A stretch of DNA of 64,000 nt, taken from assembly GCA_051294905.1 (NCBI GenBank), contig CM119382.1, positions 9,796,001 to 9,860,000 on the forward strand, written 5' to 3'. The stretch's first letter is position 1; each line of letters opens with the position of its first letter. Made by a program: the position numbers and the translations under genes. Below the pieces are notes generated by a model. The model saw only the letters and a list, made by a program, of their open reading frames with translations, was not told where the DNA came from and ran no database searches. This document shows, in pieces, positions 35,401 through 50,400 of the stretch. The DNA is from Botryllus schlosseri. Taxonomy: Eukaryota.

Positions 35401-38400
35401 AATTTACATTAAAATGCCATTACCATTAGGGTTGCATTTAAAAAAAACGGTGTTTTAAAACACTGTGTTTAAAACATGTTTTAAACAGTGTTTCAAACAA
35501 AGGTCTTTTAAAAAAAAATGTGTTTTTTTAAGCGATAAAATTATGCCATAATTGTGTAAATACTTTCCAAAAAACATGCTGTATGAGCCTACGGACAATT
35601 ACCACCCGAAATAGCCGATGTATATCGATATGGGATGGTTGCAAACCTCAAAATAGTCGGTTCAACATTAATAGTACAGATATTTCGTCAAAGGAGCTAT
35701 AGCTACCCTGTATTTTTAATTATTAATGCCAATCCACTATGACGTCACAATTCAATATTCGTGAGGTGATGGCTTGAAAAAAAAACATGTTTTAAATTAG
35801 GGCCTTGTTTTAAAATGTTTGTTTTAAATTGATTTTTGTTTTAAATGCAGCCCTAATTACCATTGAACACGAGGTCAGAAGAAGAGGGGAAGAATCATTC
35901 GTTACAGTATGATGTCATTACAACATGCTAGACTCTTGCTGCCTCCTGGTTACAGAAGAAAGAAGCAACCATCGTCAGATCTACGACACTGCGGCAAAAT
36001 GAAACAAAATCTCAACACATTTGTAACGCGCGGTAAATATTACGGAGAGCTGCACGTAGTCTCGCTCATCCACAAACACATTTCCTATTACCAATTACAA
36101 ACAGTCACCGGAGATTAAAAGTTTTCGAATCATCTTATATCCCGAACTGTCGAGATTAAAGTTTCACATCGTGACATGAACTCACCGCAGTGTGAAACGT
36201 CACACGTCGCCCTGACTTTTCTAGCCTCATCCACGAAACACCAGGGCCGCTCCTCCACGGCACCAGGATTCCGGCAGAAATTGTGACCACCAGACAATTC
36301 AGGATACTGAAAACAAAAGAATTTAAGCTTAGATGGATAACAGACTTAATAAGCTCAATTCTATATCATCACGAAATCGCACAATAAATCACGATGGGAT
36401 GGTTTCTGTTTGGTCGATTGAATATTATTATAGCGACCAGAATTGGTGAAGGTTTCCACAACTTCCCTAAACTATGAGTTTAAGTGGAAGTAACCAATAG
36501 AAGAGATGAAAACTTTTTAAGAAGTAGTAGATTGTTAGCAGTTAATCGGAAGTGTAAACTTTCGACATTGCAAGATTTCTCTTCGTGACTAACGCATAAT
36601 GGCTAACGACATTGCAAATTGGTGCAAACTTTTCAAAAATATATTCATTTACCAGGAGCCATTACGCGGTTCATATGACAAGTTCTCTCAAAACATCTAT
36701 CGCAAAACTACAGTCTGAAATTATAACCAGTACAGTGAAAAATGCAAGCAGGCACAACACATTTGAGCATTACAAAAAAACTGAAGGACTGCGTTGCTGA
36801 CCAGTGAGCAGTGACCACCCCTTATAGCAACACAGATACACGCTTTATCGTGGGAACGTCTACAAGACTCAATTCGTTACCTCTTGGACCAAATCCAGAG
36901 GCCAGGTTTGGCACTTCAATCCCGACTCGGTCGATCTTTTTGCGCCTCTGTACCCGGTGCCCGTGTCGTTATAGCAACCGTGCTGGCGGTTGACGACCGA
37001 TGGCAGGCCTACTTTCAAGCAGGACGCGCCGCGGGGTGTGGTGGGCGGCAATTGAGAGCAGTTGGCTGTAGATGCGATTTCCTGTGAAGAGTGATATATA
37101 TCAGATCCATGTCGATTGATTTACATGCTAACAGACAACGCCGTAAATTAGCAACGATTTTAACTGATCTGATTTGCTCACTGGTGAATGCATTTTATTT
37201 TGATATTTCGATGGGTATTGCCGTAACGTTTTACACAACTACAAATATTTTATCTTGTATTTCCACCGGCGAAATGATACCAAAAAGTGCAGATGGCCTG
37301 ATTTGCACCTCCCGCTATGGCGCTAAACCGGTAATTAAAACTATTTTCCATTATGAATTCACAGCGTACTAGATTATTCCAGGGCAGTTTATTCGATTTT
37401 CATGATGAATAACATACACTAATGTCCACGCGAAGGCTTACGGTTATACGTCACAAACATCAGCATAGCTTCTTAACAGCAATTTTTTTGTCCGTAAATT
37501 TTGCGACCTATACCCAATTCCTTACCGACCGGTACTGCAGTGCCGAGAATGCAATCTTATACCTCCATGAACACATCGTCGTCCGGGTTCGCGAATTCGT
37601 CCTTGCACACGTCGTTCATAAGAAGTTCGCAGTCCTCTCGGCAAAGCCGCGAAGCTCTCTCCTCCGGTGATTTCCTGCCGTTGAACGCCGACATGACCTC
37701 GTCTTCGTCTTCGCAAATCGGGAACACGTAGTAGCAAAGGGCGGGCACCGCGAACTTATGACAAGTGGCGGATATGATGTCTGGATCTTCTGTGGCGAGA
37801 GAAGGGCTGGGTGAGACACGACTTCGTAACGGGGTACGTTTCTGGTTTACAGAAGCAGGTTTTGCATACTTGGACTACATAAGTGGTCTTTTTATTCAAA
37901 ACTACATACCTTTTACACCTTTGATTTTGTAAAGTTAATTTAAGGGTAAGGTTGCAGCATTTTCACGGGTGGAGAAGTCATAAGGACCGCGGAAATAACT
38001 ACTGCATTACTGTAACTCAAAACACCAATGTGCAGTGTCACCAGTCATTTTGCGTTTGTTTCGAAGATATATCACGTGAATTTTAAAAGTTCCCACCTCA
38101 GATTTACTCATAAAAGGTATCCGAATCGTCTAAGAAATCCACTTTTTTAAAGTACCTACTTGGAAAATTTTCATGCCATTCATTTTCTATTTTCATTTGA
38201 AGTAGTTTTAACCTGTCTAGGAAGTGGCTATTTCTACATGTAATTGCGCAGCAACGCTGACTATTTGGACCCGCACTTCTGGGTAAGACTTGAGAGTAAG
38301 AACTACTTTAATGCCAATGGTTGATAAGACGGCTGTAGTTGCGACGACAGAGATTAGACACCTACTTATGCGTTTCACTGCCACTGATATGAGTTTCTCC

Positions 38401-41400
38401 ACCTCCATTTGCGATTGATAAGGATCGATGTAAACGTTCTTGCCGCCGAGAAACGGCCGGCATGCGTATCCCACGTACTTTTCGCATCTTCCTTGCGGTA
38501 TTATTCTGTAACGAGAATGTGGAACATACATGCATTTTGCGAACCAGTAACTTGACAGAGGATAATGCATGAGATAGCGGTTGAAATGGCGAAGTGGCAG
38601 GCTAGCTGCGTTTTGAACCCGTTACAACTTTCAGTCAGCTTGAGAATCAATACAAAGAGGACTATAAATCCATAGATTGTGTAAAGCGTGATTATGTCAT
38701 TGATGTAGCAGCAAATACCTTTCACATGGATGATGCCATAACCAACTGACAATAACCAGCCTATCGTACCTACGACCAACTAATGTGATCGAATTAAAGT
38801 GCGGGTGAAATTATGGACCATGGTCCATTATGAAGGCTCACTGACGAGTAACAAACAACAAGATCGGCAGAAAAACATGAGAAACGTAATGGTCCGATCA
38901 CACCCAGACATCACACCTTGCCGTAATTTAACGGTGAGTGGCCTATTTTTATGTCCACTGTTTTAATTGCATATTTCTCAGAATTGGACAGGTAATTAGG
39001 TCATACAAACAGCACGCCTTTAAAGCAGACCTTTGATTTAGGAGGGTGAGCGTATCTATTTCAGAATTTTTAAAAATTCGGTACTCACGGCTCTTCGTCT
39101 GTTGCTGGCGGCGGGGGTTTCACTGTCAACAAAAAAAAAGACACAATGATTACTGGTGAAATATGTCGTGAAACAGTCAAGTTGGAATATCAAAAATCGT
39201 ACACAGGCTATTCAATCAAAGTGGAAACCGTTGTCAAAACAACTATAACATTCTCACGCGCTCAACGTCAGGACAATAAATATGGAATCACATTAGACTG
39301 CGCTAAACCGGATAAACCCAGTGACATATTTGACGAAAGTCTTCGTCTTAATGATAATCTTCGTAAGCCAGAGAATGACCAATGTATCTAATCTTGCTGA
39401 TGCAGGCTAAGAGGCTTAACGACTGCTTAGTGGAAGTTGATGAAATTGCGCTAAAACGCTGATCTTCGTCAACCCCGGTGGCGGGCGATGAATACCAGTC
39501 AGTTCTTTGTGGTGCCAGTCGACCGTGTGATAAATATGATTTATAACCATTGAGGTTTTGAATTGCCATTGATTGGAACAAAGCTTTATAGATCGCACTC
39601 CGGTGGATTTTCGGCTATATCACGACACAGTTATTAACCAATATTTGCGTAAGTCTGATTTGGATCAATTCTTTTGCTGATGCTTGATTAGAGGATTAAC
39701 AGTTGACCACCCATATATCCAAACCCTCAACCCTGAAGACGTGGTTACTCTCGGAATAGCCACCACAGGGTTTGGAACATCTCAAATATCATGTGGCGAC
39801 CACATCCGGTGTGCTATGACGTCACAGTTCACAAAAAGGTGAGCTGTACCTCACCCTTAGTCGATGCGCAAGCCAGCGGTTTCCGCATCGCAATCACAGA
39901 TAACGCCAACACCTCATCTGGATAATGTCACCGTCGATATGGGTGAGCGCAAGTCATCCTGACTTGAGCAACTTCAAGTCAACTCTTCTGCTTAAAATGC
40001 GCGGGTACTTGAGCTCTTACCGACAGCACGGTTATGTTCAAGGTGGCCTTGAATTTCGGGATGTAATGCGAACCGATATACCGTCATTTGGGGTCGTAAT
40101 TAACAGAGAAAAGGGCTCGGGTTACACTTTGGTTCACCAGTCTCTCGTCGGTGACCACGAAACACGAAGCTAGTCTGTGTTTCCTCGTTCAATGCCACAC
40201 GCAATCAGATGCGGTAACGAGTGGTTTGAGTGAGTTGCATTATTATTTCTATCAGAGCCAAGGACATTGCATTTTAACGCTTCTCATATTTTACATTTGA
40301 TATCCGTATACCCATTAGACATAAGTATTTTGTAATTTAGCCACTGGCTCTAACCGGAAATGTTACATTTTGTCCGTGGCCACAGGCTTGGCATTCTTGC
40401 ACATCACAGCGAGTGACATATCGATTAACGTCGATGAAAATGTTGTGTACATTAAACGTATAAAGTTATACTTGAACATGTAACCCGATGGTAAGTTGAT
40501 AATAATCCATACGCACGTAATCCGTACACCATATCCGTAATTACGCAATTGCAATGTCCTAAAACCAAGCATACCGTACTGGAACTCAGCGCTTTGCCTA
40601 ACGCAGGACCTTATCGTGTTGTGAGCAAGAGTTTGATAACATCAGATAAGGTCGGATTGAAATTTCAACCAGGCATCAATCGCCCTGACGCTGTGATACC
40701 AGCGAAACCAACGTTAAAATATTCAATCATGCATCAGTTGAGAAACCCTTTGGCCAAAGCGGTGCATATTCTAGTTTTCTATTTTACCCACTATTATATT
40801 CCGCGATGGGCTCACAAAATCTCAGCTAATTACGCATCTTCTTACAACAAAGCGCATAACACGGTGTCGAAAGAATATCAGGGACGCGTCCGTTATCACC
40901 GCGATAAAGCACACATAAGATAAAGCGGAGGCGCGCGGTTCGCTGGGAACGGTACTCAGAGCAAAGTCCGCAATTAACAACAATGGAAATACAGGGGAGT
41001 GCTATCCACTCCAACTGTGGTGCATATCGAAAGGGGTGTTTGCCTTGCTATGAAACATTAACTGTTGAACTCATTAATTCAGATATCCGTGTGAGTTTTT
41101 CAATGTATTTCATATATATTCCACGGCACAAGCACGTAGCGCACATTGACACTTTCCCGATTCTACTTATACCACGGTACGATAACTGAATCTCAAAATA
41201 AGTCGTTGACGAAGTGCCGCGTGACAACTTGAAATGTGAAGAGGTAATTCATTCGAATCGGTGTCATTAACGAAAGATATGGAACATTAGCCGATTACTA
41301 ACGATTCCAATACCATTCTCAGATCCTGCTGTTTGAACGGGCCTGACGTTGTGAATTGACGACACTTGACTAAATTCTATAATTCATATGACAAATGAGA

Positions 41401-44400
41401 TTCGTGATCTATCGCCATCACTACAGACCCAGATGATCATATCGCGCAATTGGCGAGACTTGTGCAACTTAAAGCCGTGATATTAATGGGGCATATGGTA
41501 GCTTAGCGTACAACCGAACCTAGGCCAGTATGGTGATGACACAAATATATACGTTGCAAGTTGCAGTGAGAGTCTGTGCTGTTGCACCATGCTGAAGCAA
41601 AGTGGGCGACGCATCACAAATTTTCCACGTAATAACTAAAGAAATCGGACAAAGACGTCACGTCGAGAAAGTGATACAGTGAAAAAATGCATGCCAGAAA
41701 TTTAGCAAAGGGTTAAGAATTGATGAATGATGACGCGTGATGGTGATACCACAGAGATCGCTAGAGCGCGGCAGGACCACTAGTGAATACTGCAGTTAGA
41801 ATACGATGACTTTCTGAGGAGAATGGCTATACTGTAAATATTGTTTTCACGCCTACAATTTTATTCTGATACCAAATCATATTTAAAGCCTCTTTGGAAT
41901 AGCGAGCGAATTCACAGATATTTGTTCCTATCGTTAAGATTTACAACGATGCATACCAGGTTTACTAATCACGATTATGCGAGAACCGATCAAAAGGCCA
42001 TTATCAACCCATCGAATCAAAATGTCTTTGGTAACGATCCGTTAAAAAGGGGTGCGGATTTTCCGTGCAAGTTGTAAAGAACAGGCGATAGTATCACCCC
42101 GTTCTTAACGACCGTGTCCAGTCAGAGCGAAATCCGTGCTAGTTATGGTCACGGCCGAAATGGGATAGAATGCCTCCGACTTTTGGCATCGGTTTACTCT
42201 CACGCGACCATTTCGAAACGCGACGCCTCGTCAGGAACAGGCCAACATAAATATCCCTACGCCACTGCAGTTGTCGATAGAATCGTATCAAGTCCAGTCG
42301 CTTTAAGCATCGAATCTGCTAAAAATACATCAGGCTGCAACAAGCACTTGAACAATAAATTCTCACAAGCGCCGCATCAAACACGCGATTTCGAGAACTG
42401 GGCAGTGGGCAAGCTTTCTATTGCGTGCGTGTCTTATTACAAGAATGCCACCAATAGCGGAACACACGGTATGTATTTTTTTAATGCGAGATATCTTCAG
42501 AGAAATGCTTAATTCTAACACCTTCTTCGCTTAACATATGAATATTGCATGAGAAAGGTGACACCAACTTATAAATCACTTGGATGAAAAAATAGTAGAT
42601 CGCATCAGGTACATATAGCTCACCGCCCCATAACTTAGTGACAACTAAACTAAAATAGGCGACCGAATGGAAGAGGCGGACCCTATAGGTGGGGTTGCAT
42701 TTAAAACAAGAGGTGTTTCAAAACACTTTATTTATAACATGTTTTAAACAATGATTCAAACAACTGCCATTTAAAATATATGTTTTAAACGAGGGCAATG
42801 TTTTAAACGTGTATGTTTCAAATGCAACTCTACCTATAGGCTGGAAAAAGTACGTGGATGCTGACACCGTAAGTGACCCGAGGTCATTTGGGGTTGGGAG
42901 TTGCTTGCCCTCAATATTTTTACTGAAATGTTGCACGGTGGAGTTTCGCAGTAAACTTATGCAGTATGCTGTGACGTTCCATGTTCAAATACAAACGGTC
43001 CATGAGTACAGTTTATGATGCGTCAAGGATATAGATAGGCCCACCCAGCGGTAAACGTGGCAGCCAAAGATACCAGTTTTAGTGATCGGGTCTTGGGTCT
43101 GACCCGGCCGGGGATTGAACCCACGACATATCGATCAAGAAGACTATCCACCATTACGCCATGTTTTTCGGTATACATCGCGAAAATAATCGCACCCTCC
43201 TTTTCGCCCAAATCCAATCGTACCGTACCAAATATTGTACCGTACCAATTCCTTGATCGGTATTCACATTCTCGCAAATACACACATCAAAAGACGGGCT
43301 ATGTACATCTCAATTACGAAAACAATTTTGCATCCTCGCATTCAGTAATTCGCTATAAATAGACTCCTGTTATGGACTGAATAATAACTTCGTGCAAGTC
43401 AATGGATAGTTTGTTTGCTTAAAAGTTTACGTTTTCGGTGTCGACCCACACATCAAAAACATTTCACTCAAATCCAGTTTAGCGCTTCATTTCGAGGCCG
43501 CCCCCTGTCAAAACTGTTTGTAATTGCCAAACTGCTTACGCTTCAAAACGTATACAATTTCGTCTTCAAACTTACACTGTAAGGCTATTGCGGTCAGCCA
43601 AACGTATACAGTGTACATTGAGGCTAGCGTTGACAACAATGAACGCATTAGGGAGGCTATACACATTATGACCTCAAAATATCCCAACCCCATGCGAAGG
43701 CTTTGTTCGCAATGTTCAATTCCATCGCATCTGCGTACGCAACCGACGCGTTTGATGTGCGAATATATTACGGAATAAATTCTCATTCTCAAGGTGCCGC
43801 ACGGTTCGGCGCAAATAAATTTATGTAAAATATCAACCGCTACAGTGATCAAAGAACACGTGAACGCAATCCTAAATGATCCTAGCTGAATACTCATCGG
43901 GCTCAAAGCGTCAACAGGGGTTGCGGCAGATGTGGTCATGGCCAGTAGCGAAGTATTTCTACCTTTTAAAATTACTCAAATAGGTTTCACCTTCTCAAGT
44001 GGATATGCGTTTAGACTGCTTAAACTTCTACTGAGTTTTTCAGGCAAAACTGCTTACTTTTTCACTTTGGATTTAGTAAAGTAATTTTGGGATGTGCTTG
44101 CATGAAAACTGCGCAGAAGAGCCCCAGTGTCACGGTAATTGTAATAATTTCGAAATTTTCATCTGTTTTTAGTGTCGTTGTCCATTTCGAGTTAGTCACG
44201 AATATCAATCCTGCAATTTCTAATGCGGTCACCTCAGATGGGTTCCATACTATTACCGAGAAAACCATTACCGAGAATGTCATTACCGAGAATGGACATT
44301 ACCGAGAATGGAGATAACCGAGAATGGTCATTACCGAGAATGGACACCACCGAGAATGGACATTATCGAGAATGGCCAATGTCAAGAATATAGCTTACTG

Positions 44401-47400
44401 GGACTGACGTTGTCGAGAAATTTATACCTGAGCATCGATACCGAATGAGGCAACGCCGTGGTGCACACACATGACCTGTTCATGTGCATAACATGCCTGC
44501 ATTGCATATATTGCATTCTCGGTAATGTCCATTCTCGGTGGTGTCCATTCTCGGTATTGGCATTCTCTGTAATGGTTTTCTCGGTATTGACCGGACACTC
44601 CTCAGATGAACTGCTAAAAGTAAGCCACCCAACGACCAAATTCACTTTAATTTGCAATGCTTATTGATTACTTCTCCGATCTTCATTTTGTATTTCTACT
44701 AAAATTAATTTTGACATGTCTTGGAAATTGATACTATTACTTGCTATAGTGTAGAAAGCTATGGCGTCACTTCGACTTTTACTTGAGTAGCAACGATGAA
44801 TACTTTGACAATCTGCCGGAATAGTAGTTCTGGTTTGGCATACCAACAGTAATTGGATCCTGTGAAACGGCCGGTGAGATAATAAGGTACACAGTTTACG
44901 TTTTGACATTGTTGATGCGATGACGCTGTCAAATCAGAAACAAAAATCTACCAGCAACCTAAAGCGGGATTAATGAGTCGTCAATATGTAATCCCTCTGT
45001 TAGTAGGTTACACCGCTGTGTTTCCGCATAGAGGCGATATGACAATAATCCCGGCGTTACTTTGAAGCTAGGGAGAAACGATTATGACGCGTACTACGGT
45101 TTCAGTCAATTCACTCCGCAGGAACAAGGAGTGATTGTGCGGGCAACACGATTCTGCAGGTTGCCGAATATCTAACCTGGCTGTTGTGGGTCAACAGCCC
45201 GGGGTCAGAGTCAAGTAAACATATCTAATTGAAAGCAATACAATGCATTATTGCGCTATTTACTATTGGGCGGATATGATCACGAGATATTCGCGGGGCT
45301 TTTGTTTGTTGGCAAAAGTTGATAACAATCTTAGACAATACAACGCGGTTCAGAGCATCCAATATACGCATTTGGGGTACTCGCATAAGGGTCACAAGTT
45401 ATTCGCATGCCTACGTGTTAGGGTGCCCGAATCGTAATAATAATATACTAAAGAACATTGATAGTCATTCATTTCAGGGCCAATTTATATTAAATATGTC
45501 TTAGCGCTTTCAAGTCCTACTTGATTGGTCTTGTAATACTTACACTTAAGTCAATTCTTAATAAATTGCTCTTAGGTATTTATTTAACCTTTAATAACAC
45601 ATGCCAATGACTACCTAGCTGAAGTTATGTATCCGAGTGTCATCCCAACTTCATACACTAGTAAACTGACTATACTTAGATTTTTACGATGTTATTGATA
45701 AGCAGAGTTTGAATTCTTACAATTCTACCATACTATGGGCCGCGTTTCAGTTTCATTCTACGAATACCTTGATTTATCCACAGTTACCGAAGAATTGCAG
45801 CCCGACGCGCGAAAATACACTAGAACTTATGCATCGGAAGTATATTAAAGCCGCATAATCCCGACCAAACAGTTTCAATGGCATTTCGCGTTCGCCCGAG
45901 CCATTCCTTCCGGTAAATCAATATGACCAGTGACCACCGACCGCCAGATATCTCCAATTCTATAAGGCCTTACGAAAACATCATTGTGAAATGGCAATGC
46001 GGCGTGTAACAGAAATAAAACATTTATCACCACCCGGACACTTTCTCTCAACTTTCCATCACTCCTCGATGATGTAATCATGATATATCATCCCCGCCAA
46101 TAGCGCAGCGATCGGTCTGGTTCGCTAACGAGGCGTCCAACGCAAAAGACGCATGCATGATCAGATCAGGGTTACCATTATATTCAACGGCTTTATTACA
46201 CCAGCTCGCGCTACTGCCAAGAGAAATCGCGCTCCATGCACAGGAGTCCTGGCGTATTCTATTACCATTGAATAATATATACATATTGCAACAAACCCGA
46301 ATATTGATAACATTGATACACAGTGTTCTTCCCTATTTTCGGCTAGTGGCTGACACTTGGCCCTGGCGAGCGTCATCCGAAAATTTTCGGGTTTATTCCA
46401 CTATGAGTATATTATTCAATTGTATACTGAAATTTTGTACCTCCGAGAGTCTTTTCAAATATTACTATTGGTCAATCCGACAAAGGCTATATCATTAATT
46501 CACTATGCTAAGACTATGATAATTGATAACTCTTGAGCAGCTGCGCCCGAGAAGTCTTCGAGTTACGATTAGGGCCGGGCACAAGGACTCTGATATCGAT
46601 TGTAATAGTACGAGTCGAGCATACGGTCGATGTTTTCCGAGACGCCGGTTTTCAACTTACCGAATCCGACTTTGAGGTAAGCTTTCGTGGCTACTCTCCT
46701 AAATCCGTTCGACGCCTCGCATCTGTACTTGCCCGAGTCCGCAGTGAAGACGTCCCGGATCTGAAACCTCGAAGTGCCGTCTCTCTGACGGATCGAGTAC
46801 CGAGGCTCTTCGTCTACATTTATCACCTGGTTGGACCGGTACCTGAGTAGAAATTGGAAAGCATTAGTGGTCAGCGACGAAGTACTTATAATTTTTCGGA
46901 GTACGTAAGCAGGTTTTGTCTAATTGTTCTAGTTCATCAATTGGTTATGTTGAAGACTCTTTTCAATTCTACGTGAACAGTTTTTTAGGGAAAATTCCAG
47001 ACTTTTTACACAGGTAGAAAGTCGTTTCGTGATGAGTTCATATCTGCTCATTACATCGCAGTGTGTATTGCATATCGCGTTGTACATTGTGTGCGTTTGG
47101 ATCGGTTGAAAAAAAAAATCACGGCGTTGTTTCCATACTTCTACTTAGCCACAACACTGACTATTTCGATCACCGCTGCATTTTATGCTATAGGCAATGT
47201 CGTATATGCAGTTATGCACCTTAAATTGAATATGTAAACGACCGTAATTGTGTCGGACACTCGCGCAATCACTCTCAAGTTACGTAGCGTTACCTGAGCC
47301 AACACAAGGAGAACAAAATTTCGGATTCTACTCTGGGCTACAAGTGGCTTTGCGCGGTTGCCACAATATCTGATTTGGAGGTGGATAATCCGACAAATGG

Positions 47401-50400
47401 GCCTGATCGGATCAATTCCGGAGCGGCGCATTTGCCGAATCAAACGCTCCGGTGATCCGTGCGGTTTAATCCTGGTGTAGAACCTCTACGTCTGCAGGCG
47501 GGCCACACCAAATCGCGGTTACTATAAATCCAAAACAATTGCCTATGAGTGCTAAAGCCTAAATATATTGTTGCCCGTAAGGATTATGTGGGCAGATCTG
47601 GAATGTATAATGAACATAAGTTACCATACTAGTTTAAATAAGGTTCAAATAAATAGATCATACAAGACCCTGCATCTATACATTCATGATTCACTGAGGA
47701 ATAAACAATATAATTGGGGTCAATCGTAGAGAACAATCCACGAAATATACATTATAAAACGACGACAAGGCTACTGGGCAATTTGACCACCTCACATTTT
47801 CGTCGATTAGTTATTGAGCAGTTCGGTTTTTAACACTTTTATATGATCGCGGCAGGGTTGTAACCAGGTCACAAGGCTCCGAGTCACAAGTCAATCTCAT
47901 TTTTATAGCTTTGACTCGAGTCAAGTCGAGTCATTTTCAATTCACCACCGAGTCAAGTTCGAGTGCAAGTCATCGAGCAGAGGGTCAAGTCCAAGTCATT
48001 ATGGTGAATGCTCAGTTTCCAGTTAAATTCTACTTAAACCCACTTTTTATAACTCTGTTTGGTGATATCGAATGGTTCGCATTTATAATATACTAGTTCT
48101 CCTTAATTTTAGCAGTTTTTTAGCGAATTTTTTCAAGTATACCAGTACCAATAGACGAAATCCCAATAGTGTGGTTACTTTACTATTCTTCGAATTTATA
48201 ATGAAATGTCGGTCTTGGCCGTTTGAGTCTCGAGTCTTATGACTTGGTTCGAGTGATGCGCAATGACTCGAGTACAAGTCGAGTCTAGACACAGATTGAC
48301 TTGAGTCGAGTGATTTCCGCATTTTGAGAAAATTACTCGAGTCACGTCGAGTCATCAGAAAATCGTGACTCGAGTCGAGTCATGACTCAAGTCATTACAA
48401 CCCTGGATCGCGGCAAAGAAATTACATCACATTTATCAAATCCGCCCGGTCAAAGTGATGGGAAGCGTCACAGGTGTTATAGCTACAGCATGATGAGGAA
48501 AAAATACGTATTTTGAGTCAGACTGGTTACTATGTTACCAGCGAATGGCATTGAGCGGGTACCCAGCTATTTGATTAGTGTGCAGAGTCCGAAAATGGAG
48601 CAATCTGCTACGGCTGAAGACCTTTATTCTGTTCTACCGGTTTCTTCGCAGTCGCACAGAAGCCAAACATTAATCTTTTACCAAACTAATGCAAACGATA
48701 TCACCGCGGGAATTACTTTTTCTCAACGTTACTGGTCGTAACAGTGATTAAACATCGAAATTTGGATCCCAATAATCAAGCGCTCTGAACTGCTTCGTGC
48801 TTATACAATATACACACATCACAGCCATCCCATTATATGATTCGGCATTGGCTAGGCTAGATCATGTTCTCGTAGCTCTGCAGACTTCTTAACGTTACGC
48901 ATCAAAGCCTAATCCGTTGCAATTAACGTAACCCGTCTACATGTGATCGTGACCAATTGACCGGCACATCAACACGGAGTGCGATCAGAAACACCGAGAC
49001 CACGAGACTTTGCATACAAAAATGCATCGATTCGCTATATCCTACGCAAGGTACCGTTTCTAATCTATTGTGTCCGTGTGTTACTGCAACAAATCGAACA
49101 ATGGCGGCGCTGAGTACTCTGCTCGTGTTGAGTAAATGGAGAGATTATCGTGTGAAGAATTAAAGGCTTTTCGAACGCCCTTTGCACTCGGCAACAAACG
49201 TGGTTCAGTTATGCGTATAAGCAACTTGTATTCACGGCACCTCTCCAGTGTATTTAGGCCTAATCGAAACATCGACCACCAATGTTGACTCAAGGATAAC
49301 GCGCTGCTATTATACCATCATTAGACGATCAACTATTGTTGTTGCGGGTGTTTGCAAAACAGCAAGGATATCACTGGTATCTGTGGAACCAAGAGTGACA
49401 AACGATCGGGGCCGGGACCCTAGCGCCTTTGATGAATGGATGTGATTGCAACGCGCGACGCTTGCACGCAACGCCTTCAAGCAGTCATGCAGACAGGGAG
49501 GTATGACCGCCCTTCACTGTTAAGTTCACCTGGCATATCTGAGATTTTCCAACAGTTATACACTACACACCCGACAAAAGGTATCGGTAATATTCATAAT
49601 GTGTAAAAATGTCCCTGCCGATATCAGTACGAAATGCAGACATGCCTACACTGCAGAAACACATGATATCTGTTTAGTGAAACTGTCCACCGTTGGTGTA
49701 GTAAACATTCAAATATGCGAGGGGCGAAGTAAGGGGTGTATATAAATTTATTTAACACGGCTTGGGGCATGAATGCTTTGTGAGGCTGTGAGCATAAATA
49801 ATGTCACATTGTCAGAATCCAAGGTTTTTGGGCCGAGTTGTCAATAACAAATTGTCCACTGATCTAGCGTTATGAACATTGTGCTTGTGTGATATGCCCG
49901 GGTTTCCGTGGATTTCTCTCGCGCAAGGACCGAGTAAACTGACCGGCCATTACGTCACCCGTCTAGGATAGCTTATTACAACCAAAAATCACTCACCACG
50001 TAAATTTGAGGTCGTCAGTCGGGAAGCCGTCGACCTTGCATTTGAACTGCGCCTTGTCACCGGAGTAGAGCGTTTGGTTCTGCATTTCTGACACGATGCG
50101 CAGATAATGGTCTGAAATGACGTAATCGTTGACGTAATTAGTAAATAGCGGGCGACGGACAGATTTCAACACGAAGTCCGCGCTCTGAACACGTTTATTC
50201 TACACCCTTTTTCACGCAGCGCCTACAGACTATTCAACGGAGCTCTATCCGTCGTCAAATACCAAAAGTACCTTCACTCGGTGGCTGCGATTAGGTCACG
50301 TATGTTATTACAGCTTAGAAGTGCGTGTCCGTGTAAAGGAAATTTTAATATCGTCCGCGAGATTGCCGGAGCGGTGCTGATTTATCGCTCGTGGTTTAAC

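Noticed and set aside
43038-43161. tRNA gene
   Set aside because: A and B boxes are present, but there is no acceptor-stem closure or recognisable anticodon arm, and the sequence continues into a SINE-like body.
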